DNA from: Betaproteobacteria bacterium
Lineage (GTDB): Bacteria; Pseudomonadota; Gammaproteobacteria; Burkholderiales; JACQAP01
Length of the DNA stretch: 35,731 bases
NCBI GenBank assembly: GCA_025357235.1
Contig: JANXPQ010000002.1
Coordinates: forward strand, 1 to 35,731
Direction: 5' to 3'
Shown here piece after piece: positions 1-9,849 of the stretch (the stretch's first letter is position 1; each line of letters starts with the position of its first letter). The notes below the pieces were generated by a model. That model had not been told where the DNA came from, did no database searches, and worked only from the letters and a program-made list of their open reading frames with translations. The translations under genes and the position numbers were made by a program.

Positions 1-19
1 TATCACTATGAAATCTATT

Positions 20-2204
<2,185 letters not shown>

Positions 2205-2334
2205 GGTCTTCTCCTTATGTTTCATGTTTCTTTCCTGATCACAAAGCGGTGTGGCGCAATTGCGCATCGGCATATTAACCGGCAACTCCTCCGACCGGAG
2301 GCGTTGCCGTCTGGTGAATCCCCCGCGTCCCGGC

Positions 2335-3204
2335 TCAGAAGTGGTACTCGGCCCGGATCATCGGCGTTTTCGCAAAGGCGCCACTGCCTGCGGGACCCTC
2401 GTGATCGTTGCCGAACTTGTTTTTCCAGTATTCATATTCGAGACCTACCTTGAACGTGCCCTTGGGGCCTCCCATGACCTGCCCGACGTCCAGCATGATC
2501 GCCCCGTCGAAATGGGTTTCCGGTACGGTTCCGCCGCCAAATTCGTCAGTACCTTTGGCGGCGATGTAGTCGAAATAGCCCTGGAAGCTGAATGGCGAGT
2601 CGCCGATGGGGATGCCCCAGACGATATCCAGCTCGGGATGTGTTTTGTAGAAATAGCGGCCGTCAATGCCAATGGGTGCATTGCTCTCGCCCAGCACCAG
2701 CACGCTGACATTGAGGAAACCGGGCACGTCCATCATCAGCGTCGGACCGGCCACGAGCATGCGCTTTTTGGAGCTGTAACCAACATCGTTCTTGGTGTTC
2801 CAGTCAAAGCCGAAAGTACCCCCGATGCCGCGCACGAAGGCGAATTTGTAATCGCCGCCGGTAACCTTGCCCAGATCAACGGTATTGCGATAGACCACGT
2901 ACGCTTCCTGCGCGCCCGCGGTGCTGTTGCCTGCCGACGGATCCTTGCTGTCGGACATGAGCAGGTCGACGTTGAAGAAATTCACGCCGTACTTGTAGCC
3001 GCTCGCGTGCTGGAAATCGATGATGTGCTTGGTGACGTTATCCGGATCGAACGGCTCTCGAAACCTGGTGCCGTAGCGCCAGCCGATCGAGGTATCGCTC
3101 CATTCCGCCGCGGCCGCATCCTTCACGCCCGCGCCGAGTCCAGATCCCACCGCCACAATGCCGACCACGAGGGCCGTCGCCAGCTTTCGATATGTCCCGC
3201 TCAT
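2335..3204 (-). CDS. Tsx/OmpK-like nucleoside/nucleobase outer-membrane channel
   Basis: Signal peptide, HASGYKYGVNFFNVD segment, alternating beta-strand pattern, C-terminal EYHF; purine-uptake context. Confidence 0.8.
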   Translation of the reverse strand: MSGTYRKLATALVVGIVAVGSGLGAGVKDAAAAEWSDTSIGWRYGTRFREPFDPDNVTKHIIDFQHASGYKYGVNFFNVDLLMSDSKDPSAGNSTAGAQEAYVVYRNTVDLGKVTGGDYKFAFVRGIGGTFGFDWNTKNDVGYSSKKRMLVAGPTLMMDVPGFLNVSVLVLGESNAPIGIDGRYFYKTHPELDIVWGIPIGDSPFSFQGYFDYIAAKGTDEFGGGTVPETHFDGAIMLDVGQVMGGPKGTFKVGLEYEYWKNKFGNDHEGPAGSGAFAKTPMIRAEYHF

Positions 3205-3340
3205 TTGTAAAACTCCCTAGAAGTCTTCAAGCCCATGAACCGCCGCCGGGAAAGTCGGCATCCCCTTTTTAACCGGCAACGCGCAAGCACCTCATCGGAA
3301 CGCGCGATTGCATCCAATAAAATGCACTGAATGGATACTC

Positions 3341-3356
3341 TGCAATCCCTATGCCA
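3341..3356 (-). promoter_or_regulatory. Putative sigma54 (-24/-12) promoter for the channel-BMP-deaminase operon
   Basis: Minus strand reads TGGCAT-AGGGA-TTGCA with exact GG-N10-GC spacing, ~135 nt upstream of the channel ATG; NtrC-like ATGGTGC half-sites at ~3475 and ~3542. Confidence 0.65.
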
Positions 3357-3576
3357 CGGGAATTCAAATAGCGCTGCGGGCGTGCACGGACAGTCAAAAC
3401 ATGGACTTAAATTATTCTCCGGCACCGCGCCCGCGCTTCAAAATGAAGCCTGCGCAGTGCGCGCGTGTTCACCAATGGTGCGATGCGGGGGCGATGGCGG
3501 AGGGAGGGGAGAGCGCACGCGGGCGAACATGGACGGCGGGCATGGTGCAACAAGGGGAGCCGCGTCAGGCAAAGAC

Positions 3577-3596
3577 TGTATACACTTTTTCGACCG
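3577..3596. promoter_or_regulatory. Putative GntR operator, TGTATACA box (copy 1)
   Basis: Palindrome TGTATACA followed by CTTTTTCGACCG; near-identical copy at 7630-7648. Confidence 0.55.
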
Positions 3597-3608
3597 CTGC
3601 CCCAGCCG

Positions 3609-4118
3609 TCAGAGCGCGATCGATTCGATCAGGTAACGTCCGGGCAACGCCGCCACATCGCAGTTTTCCCCGGGCCCGGCGCGATCGACGACCAGAAAAT
3701 CGCTGACCGTGCCGAGCGAGAGCAGCGGATGGTGCCAGACGCCGCGCCCGTAGTTCACGCCCTGGCGGCCATTGCTCATAAAGGCACAGGGTTCGCCGGG
3801 CCGGCCATCGGGTCCGTCCGCCGCCACGACGATCAGAAAAGGAATCACGCCCATCGGCATGAAGGCCTGGCTGCCCAGCGGATGGCGCTCGACTTCCGAC
3901 ATCTGCAACGGGAAGCGCACCGGCTGGCCGCGAAATACGCTGAGCGCCGCGCGGCCGTCCTGCATCAGGACGTCGATTTTGGCGAGGTCGTTGAAGCGCA
4001 TGGCCGTGCCGTCGTTGATGGCGAAGGAACGCGATGCGTCGGTCTCGATCACGTCGCCGAAGCGCGCGAACCCTTCGCGCGTGAGCGGCCTGACTTCCAG
4101 CACCCGCGGCGCGTTCAT
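3609..4118 (-). CDS. allA: Ureidoglycolate lyase
   Basis: [46 protein letters not shown]; ATG 4118 overlaps the alc stop (ATGA). Confidence 0.93.
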   Translation of the reverse strand: MNAPRVLEVRPLTREGFARFGDVIETDASRSFAINDGTAMRFNDLAKIDVLMQDGRAALSVFRGQPVRFPLQMSEVERHPLGSQAFMPMGVIPFLIVVAADGPDGRPGEPCAFMSNGRQGVNYGRGVWHHPLLSLGTVSDFLVVDRAGPGENCDVAALPGRYLIESIAL

Positions 4119-5134
4119 CGCCGCCCCGGGGAGACCTGCCCCCACAGCCGCAAGCGGCTCACGCCGCCGTCGGGAATGATGTTGAAGCGCACGTGCGTGA
4201 TCGGTCCGAGCGCGCCGATCTGCTCCGCGAATACGTGTACCGCGTTCATCGACAGCTTCTGCTCGGGCAGCAGCACCGGCCAGAACATGCTCTGCGTGAC
4301 CAGCGCCTCGTCCGGCACGTTCTTCGCGTTGGTGGCCTGCAGCGAGCAGCGGTCGGGATAGTTGCCCTTGAAATGCGCCGTGTCGACTTCGATCCTGCGG
4401 ATGATGCCAGGCCAGCCCAGCGCGATCACGGTCCAGTCGTTGCCCGGCTCGCGGCGGCGGCGCGTTTCCCAGCCGTCGCCCATGTTCTCGCCACGCCCGG
4501 GTGCGAGCAGGTTGATCGGATTGCCGAAGTGCGCATCGTTCCACGCCACCGGACGGCCGCCGTTCTCGATGGCAACCAGGTCATAGAGCGTGTCGCCGCC
4601 GCGCTGCGACCAGTCGCGCGCGACTTCGCCGTAGACGCGCAGGCGCGCGATGCCGCCGTCGGGATAGATGTTGAGCCGCAGGTGGCTCCATATGCGTGGG
4701 TCGGCAATCGCAGGATAGTGGTGCGTGTTGCCGGCAAGCTTCATCGGCGCGAGCAGCTCGACCCATTCGGCATCCGCACCGGGGTCGCCCTCCGACAGGC
4801 AGGCCTCGATCGAAGCCGCGGGCGGATAGTTGCCGGTGAAATGGCTGGTGTCGATGTCGAACCCGCGTATCGCCCCGGGCAGGCCCAAACGGATCACGCA
4901 GAAGTCGTGGCCGGGCCCGCGCCGGCGCCGCGTCTCCCAGCCGTCCATCCATTTGCCGTTGTCGTCGTATTTGCCGGCGACGAACACCGCGGCGTCGCGC
5001 GCCAGCATGCGCTCCTTCGGCGCGAAAAATTCGTCGCTCGCCGAAAGCGCCCTGGCGCCGATGCGCGGATCGGCCAGGTTCACGCAACGGCGCACGAAGT
5101 CCGGCGCGTTCGATGTACTTTGACTGTCTGTCAT
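4115..5134 (-). CDS. alc: Allantoicase
   Basis: Two repeated domains, each with [11 protein letters not shown](S/A)HFxGNYP and PDGG(I/V)xRLR. Confidence 0.96.
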   Translation of the reverse strand: MTDSQSTSNAPDFVRRCVNLADPRIGARALSASDEFFAPKERMLARDAAVFVAGKYDDNGKWMDGWETRRRRGPGHDFCVIRLGLPGAIRGFDIDTSHFTGNYPPAASIEACLSEGDPGADAEWVELLAPMKLAGNTHHYPAIADPRIWSHLRLNIYPDGGIARLRVYGEVARDWSQRGGDTLYDLVAIENGGRPVAWNDAHFGNPINLLAPGRGENMGDGWETRRRREPGNDWTVIALGWPGIIRRIEVDTAHFKGNYPDRCSLQATNAKNVPDEALVTQSMFWPVLLPEQKLSMNAVHVFAEQIGALGPITHVRFNIIPDGGVSRLRLWGQVSPGRR

Positions 5135-5153
5135 TGACCGCTCCTTGCCGCCG

Positions 5154-5666
5154 CTACTCTCCGATCAGGTCGTGCAGGCGGAAGCCCGCGATACGCGCGA
5201 TTTCCCGCAGGCAGGCGCTGAATTCCTGATCCGCGGAATGCGCCAGCCGCTGTTCCAGTTGCGCGATGACGTGCGCACGCGTGAGTCCCCGTACCGCAAC
5301 GATGAACGGGAAGTCGAATTTCTTCCGGTAGGCGGCATTCAAGTCCTGCAGCCTGGCGAACTCTTCCGGCGTGCAGCGATCCAGTCCGGCTCCGGCCTGC
5401 TCGCTGCGCGACGCATCGGTCAGCTGCCCGTCCACCGCAAGACGGCCCGCGAGTTCCGGATGCGCGCGAATCAGCGCGAGTTGCTCTGCGTGGCTGGCAC
5501 CCGCGACCACCGCCTCCATTGCCGCATGCAGCCCATCGCGCGACCGGAACGGCCGCGCCTTCCACGCCCGTTCCGCAACCCACGGCGAATGCTCGTAGAT
5601 GCCGCCTAGCTGCGCGATGAACGCGTCGCGGTCCATCGCATCGATTTGCCGGATCGAGATCCTCAC
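5154..5666 (-). CDS. uraD: OHCU decarboxylase
   Basis: [18 protein letters not shown], [10 protein letters not shown], [17 protein letters not shown]; GTG 5666 overlaps the puuE stop (GTGA). Confidence 0.93.
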   Translation of the reverse strand: MRISIRQIDAMDRDAFIAQLGGIYEHSPWVAERAWKARPFRSRDGLHAAMEAVVAGASHAEQLALIRAHPELAGRLAVDGQLTDASRSEQAGAGLDRCTPEEFARLQDLNAAYRKKFDFPFIVAVRGLTRAHVIAQLEQRLAHSADQEFSACLREIARIAGFRLHDLIGE

Positions 5667-6598
5667 GCCGGCGCACGATAAGGGTGATGCTCGACCCAAT
5701 GCCGGGCGATTTCAACGCGCCGGCAGATCCACACATTGTCGTGTTTCTGCACGTGGTCGAGAAAACGCACCAGCGCGGCGATGCGCGCCGGACGCCCGGC
5801 GAGCCGGCAATGCAGGCCGATCGACAGCATTTTCGGCGCCGACTCCCCTTCCGCATAAAGCACGTCGAAGGCATCTCTCAGATAACCGAAGAACTGGTCG
5901 CCGCTGTTGAAGCCCTGCGCGGTGGCGAACCGCATGTCGTTGGTATCGAGCGCATACGGCACGATGAGCACCGGCCTGTCGCCCACCAATTCCCAGTACG
6001 GCAGGTCGTCGCTGTAGGAATCCGCATCGTAAAGAAATCCACCGTATTCCGCGACCAGGCGCCGGGTATTCTCGCTGGTGCGCCCGGTGTACCAGCCCAG
6101 GGGGGCTGCGCCGGTAACGCGGCGGATCGCCTCCACCGCCAGGCGGACATGTTCGCGTTCGGTACTTTCGTCCACACCGTGATAGTTGATCCAGCGCCAG
6201 CCGTGACTGGCAATCTCGTGGCCCAGAGCGGCCATCGCAACCACGGCTTCCGGATTGCGCGCCACCGCCATGCCCACCGCAAATACGGTCAGCGGCAACT
6301 GGCGCTGCTCGAACAGCCGCAGCAGCCGCCAGAGCCCTGCGCGACTGCCGTATTCATACAGCGACTCCATGCTCATATGCCGGGCGCCGACGAAAGGCTG
6401 CGCGCCGACGATCTCGGAGAGAAATATTTCCGAGGCCGGGTCGCCGTGCAGCACGCTGTTCTCCGCGCCCTCCTCGTAGTTGAGCACGAACTGCAGCGCG
6501 ACGCGCGCCCCGCCCGGCCAGCGCGGATGCGGCGGATTGCGCCCGTAACCAACCAGGTCGCGCGGATAGCCGGGGTCGAATGGTCCGGGGGCGTTCAT
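5663..6598 (-). CDS. puuE: Metal-independent allantoinase (polysaccharide-deacetylase fold)
   Basis: YPRDLVGYG, FVLNYEEG, ESLYEYGSRAG, HGWRWI, GWYTGR, DTNDMRF, IGLHCRL. Confidence 0.95.
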   Translation of the reverse strand: MNAPGPFDPGYPRDLVGYGRNPPHPRWPGGARVALQFVLNYEEGAENSVLHGDPASEIFLSEIVGAQPFVGARHMSMESLYEYGSRAGLWRLLRLFEQRQLPLTVFAVGMAVARNPEAVVAMAALGHEIASHGWRWINYHGVDESTEREHVRLAVEAIRRVTGAAPLGWYTGRTSENTRRLVAEYGGFLYDADSYSDDLPYWELVGDRPVLIVPYALDTNDMRFATAQGFNSGDQFFGYLRDAFDVLYAEGESAPKMLSIGLHCRLAGRPARIAALVRFLDHVQKHDNVWICRRVEIARHWVEHHPYRAPA

Positions 6599-7362
6599 GC
6601 CGTCACACCGAGGATCCGGGCAAGGTCGATTCTCTCATTGTCGTCTTCCAGCTTGAGCCTGCGCTCGATGGCGAGCAAGTGCCGGTCCATGCGCTCCGCC
6701 GCTTTGCGCGACTCGCCGTCGACAATGAGGTCGATGAGCTCGTTGTGCTCTTCGCTGGCGCAGGGAATGCTGCCGGGACTTTCGTAGAGCGCGATAATCA
6801 GCGAGCAGCGCGACACCAGTTCGGTGAGGTAGCGCAGCAGCACTTTGTTGGCCGCCGCTTCCGCCAGCATGAGATGGAACTCGCCGCCGAGGCGAATCCA
6901 GGCGGGGCGGTCGCCGCGATGCAATGCGGCGTCTTCCTCCTTCACCAACTGGCGCAGCCGGACGATCTGCGGCCTGGTGGCCCGCATCACCGCCAGCGGC
7001 ACGATCGCCGCCTCGATGGCGCGGCGGGCGATGAAGATTTCGCGGGTTTCCTGCGGTGTCGGGCGGGCGACGATCGCGCCGCGGTTCGGGCGCAATTCGA
7101 TGATGTGTTCATGCGCGAGCCGTTGCAATGCCTTGCGTACGATGGTACGGCTCACCTTGAACAGCTCGCAGAAAGTCCCCTCGGTGAGTTTCGTGCCCGA
7201 CGGCAGGCGCTGGCTCATGACGGCGTTGAACACCGAATCATAGATGCGCCGGTCGGTCCCGGACAGGCCGCGCTTCGCCTTGGCGCGAACCGCCCCCGTA
7301 ACGCGCACAGGCGGCCTCGCCGGTTTTTTCCCGGCCCGCCTCGCGCTTTTGCTATTCTCCAT
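6595..7362 (-). CDS. GntR/FadR-family (FCD domain) transcriptional regulator
   Basis: GTKLTE...FKVSRTIVRKAL wHTH, RRAIE, FHLMLA and EEHNELI FCD motifs; start uncertain (ATG 7362 or 7404). Confidence 0.9.
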   Translation of the reverse strand: MENSKSARRAGKKPARPPVRVTGAVRAKAKRGLSGTDRRIYDSVFNAVMSQRLPSGTKLTEGTFCELFKVSRTIVRKALQRLAHEHIIELRPNRGAIVARPTPQETREIFIARRAIEAAIVPLAVMRATRPQIVRLRQLVKEEDAALHRGDRPAWIRLGGEFHLMLAEAAANKVLLRYLTELVSRCSLIIALYESPGSIPCASEEHNELIDLIVDGESRKAAERMDRHLLAIERRLKLEDDNERIDLARILGVTA

Positions 7363-7398
7363 ACTGGTCACGGCTGCAGGAATTCCGGCGTTGTTGCG

Positions 7399-7414
7399 TG
7401 GCATGCATATTGCA
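7399..7414 (+). promoter_or_regulatory. Putative sigma54 (-24/-12) promoter facing uraH-xdh
   Basis: TGGCAT-GCATA-TTGCA with GG-N10-GC spacing; implies a long (~250 nt) leader. Confidence 0.45.
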
Positions 7415-7629
7415 AAACACGGAGACGGCGTTCAAGTTTCGGCAATATTCGTTGCGACAAAATTCGCGATGATTGTACACGACGGATTCCGGCTCGCCAG
7501 CGCGACGGCGGGCAGGCGCCCCGTCGCAATGAAGGCGAAGGCGCGGGTCAGGATTGGTGCGGATGGCCGGAGCGCCGCCCCAGCATGGCGCATTCGGCCG
7601 GGCTGGAATGCGATGCCCGCGCTATATTA

Positions 7630-7648
7630 TGTATACAGTTTTTGACCG
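7630..7648. promoter_or_regulatory. Putative GntR operator, TGTATACA box (copy 2), abutting a TATTAT -10-like hexamer
   Basis: TGTATACAGTTTTTGACCG begins 45 nt upstream of the uraH ATG in the divergent gntR/uraH gap. Confidence 0.6.
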
Positions 7649-7674
7649 GAGGCGCGGCACACGCACTGTTTCCG

Positions 7675-8022
7675 ATGGGAAAACTCACCACGCACGTTCT
7701 CGACACGGCACACGGCCGCCCCGCGGCCGGCATGCTGATCGAACTGCGCCGGCTTCCGGCGGATGAAGTCATCTTCTCGGCACGCAGCGATGTGGACGGA
7801 CGTTGCGCACGCCCGTTGCTCGAGGGCGCATCCTTCATCCCCGGCGAATACGAACTGGTCTTCCATACCGCCGATTATTTTCGCGCGCTCGGCGTGAAGC
7901 TTTCCGATCCGCCCTTCCTCGACCGCGTCGTGCTGCGCTTCGGCCTCGCCGGCACCGACCAGCACTATCACGTGCCATTGCTGGTGTCGCCGTGGAGTTA
8001 CTCCACTTACCGCGGCAGTTGA
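7675..8022 (+). CDS. uraH: 5-hydroxyisourate hydrolase (transthyretin-like)
   Basis: MGKLTTHVLDTAHGRPA N-terminus and HYHVPLLVSPWSYSTYRGS C-terminal signature. Confidence 0.96.
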   Translation: MGKLTTHVLDTAHGRPAAGMLIELRRLPADEVIFSARSDVDGRCARPLLEGASFIPGEYELVFHTADYFRALGVKLSDPPFLDRVVLRFGLAGTDQHYHVPLLVSPWSYSTYRGS

Positions 8023-8024
8023 AC

Positions 8025-9494
8025 ATGGCGCAGCGCACCCATATCCGGTTCATCCTCGACGGCGAAGTCGTCAACGTCCACGACATTGCGCCGACGGTCA
8101 CGCTGCTCGAATACCTGAGGGAGAAGCTCGGCCGCACCGGCACCAAGGAAGGTTGCGCCGAGGGAGACTGCGGCGCCTGCACGGTAGTGATCGGCGAACC
8201 CGCCGCCGGAAAAATCAGCTATCGCGCGATCAACTCCTGCATCCGCTTCCTGCCCACGCTCGACGGCAAGGAAATCGTCACCGTGGAAAACCTGAAGGCC
8301 GCCGACGGCGGGCTGCATCCGGTGCAGCAGGCGATGGTCGACCACCACGCCTCGCAATGCGGCTTCTGCACCCCCGGCTTCGTCATGTCGCTGTTCGGCC
8401 TGTATCTGAACGAAACGGCGCCGCAGCGCGAAGATGTCGTGCGGGCGCTGTCGGGAAACCTGTGCCGCTGCACCGGCTACCGGCCGATCATCGATGCCGG
8501 CTGCCGGATGAATGACTATGCGCATCCGGCGTCCTGGAGCCGTACCTATGCGCGCGACACGAAGCGATACGAGGCATTGCAGGCCATCGCCGCGACCGAC
8601 ACCGTCTCGCTCGGCGGCGGCGCCGGTTATTGCGCGCCGGTCTCGATCGACGAGCTCGCGCGGCTCTGCGCAGACAATCCGCAGGCGTTGCTGCTCGCCG
8701 GCGGTACGGATGTCGGCCTCTGGGTCACCAAGCAGTTGCGCGATCTGCCGATGCTCATCTATACCGGCAACGTCGCTGAGTTGAAGAGCGTACGCGAAGG
8801 CGGCAATGCCATCGAGATCGGTGCAGCGGTCAGCCTCACCGACGCCTATGCGGCAATCGTTGCACGCTATCCCATGCTGGCGGAGCTGGCGGAGCGTTTC
8901 GGTTCGCCCCCGGTGCGCAATTCCGGCACGCTCGGCGGCAACGTCGCCAACGGCTCGCCGATCGGCGATTCCATGCCTTTCATGCTGGCCCTCGGCGTCA
9001 CCGTGAAGCTGCGCCGGGCCGGCGGCGAACGCGAAATGCCGCTCGAGGATTTCTATCTCGGCTACCAGAAGAAGGCACTGCAACCCGGCGAGTTCGTCGA
9101 AGCCGTGCGCATTCCGCTCTCGCCCGCGGGGCGCCGCTTTGCCAGCTACAAGATTTCCAAGCGTTTCGACCAGGACATCTCCGCGCTTTGCGGCGCTTAC
9201 GCGTTCGACCTCGACAACGGTCGCATCGCGAAAGTCCGCATCGCCTATGGCGGCATGGCGGCCGTACCGAAGCGCGCACTGCAGACGGAGGCGGCGCTCA
9301 CCGGCCAGCCCTGGTCGCGCGCCGCCATGGAAGCCGCGCTGCCCGCGCTCGCGCTGGATTACGCGCCGCTCTCCGACATGCGCGCCAGCGCCGGATACCG
9401 CATGCAAGTCGCGCAGAACCTGCTGCTGCGCTTCTTTGCCGAGCACAGCGGCAAACCGGTGCCGACCCGCGTGACCGAACTCGAGGAGCATTAA
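8025..9494 (+). CDS. xdhA: Xanthine dehydrogenase small subunit (2x[2Fe-2S] + FAD)
   Basis: GTKEGCAEGDCGACT, SQCGFCTPGF, GNLCRCTGY, AGGTD, YKISKRFDQDIS. Confidence 0.96.
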   Translation: MAQRTHIRFILDGEVVNVHDIAPTVTLLEYLREKLGRTGTKEGCAEGDCGACTVVIGEPAAGKISYRAINSCIRFLPTLDGKEIVTVENLKAADGGLHPVQQAMVDHHASQCGFCTPGFVMSLFGLYLNETAPQREDVVRALSGNLCRCTGYRPIIDAGCRMNDYAHPASWSRTYARDTKRYEALQAIAATDTVSLGGGAGYCAPVSIDELARLCADNPQALLLAGGTDVGLWVTKQLRDLPMLIYTGNVAELKSVREGGNAIEIGAAVSLTDAYAAIVARYPMLAELAERFGSPPVRNSGTLGGNVANGSPIGDSMPFMLALGVTVKLRRAGGEREMPLEDFYLGYQKKALQPGEFVEAVRIPLSPAGRRFASYKISKRFDQDISALCGAYAFDLDNGRIAKVRIAYGGMAAVPKRALQTEAALTGQPWSRAAMEAALPALALDYAPLSDMRASAGYRMQVAQNLLLRFFAEHSGKPVPTRVTELEEH

Positions 9495-9846
9495 GTGTCC
9501 TGTTCCGCTAATTCACGGCTGAAAACCCGACGAGAATCGGTGCCATGCGGTGTTACGAGTCCTTGCCGTGCGCGTCGGAGGGCGGAACAGGGTTCCCTCC
9601 GGGATGTGACCCCGAAGTCGCGCGTAGACCGGCGATTGACGCACATTGGCCAGCGCCACGGTCGCATCCCCGCAATCGGGGCCCCTGCTCCACGTTTCGC
9701 CGGCCCCTGCCACTGTCAAGGACTCGCGCCTTGCCCGACACCGATTTCGCGGGTTTTCCAACCGGTGTCAATTGGCGTTCGGATCGATCAACGAGCCGGC
9801 ATTCACAGCGTCGGCGACCGCCCGCGAATTAGCGGAACAGGACACT
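9494..9846. mobile_element. Non-autonomous MITE-like palindromic element, probably IS630-related
   Basis: Perfect 21-bp terminal inverted repeats AGTGTCCTGTTCCGCTAATTC (9494-9514 / 9826-9846), TTAA and CTAG at the junctions, nested internal inverted repeats, no transposase. Confidence 0.75.
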
Positions 9847-9849
9847 AGC

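Noticed and set aside
2205-3608. Purine or other riboswitch in the purine-operon leaders
   Set aside because: No recognisable aptamer consensus or terminator platform by eye; an Rfam/Infernal scan would be needed to exclude one formally.
6580-7674. 480-aa ORF apparently fusing a long N-terminus to UraH
   Set aside because: The upstream part is antisense to gntR and crosses the promoter gap; UraH begins at MGKLTTH (7675).
9646-9849. 68-aa N-terminal extension of XdhB, and ORFs 9495-9848, 9513-9761 and 9545-9832
   Set aside because: All lie inside the palindromic element and show no protein-family motifs; only the RISGTGH tail is informative, as a TIR signature.
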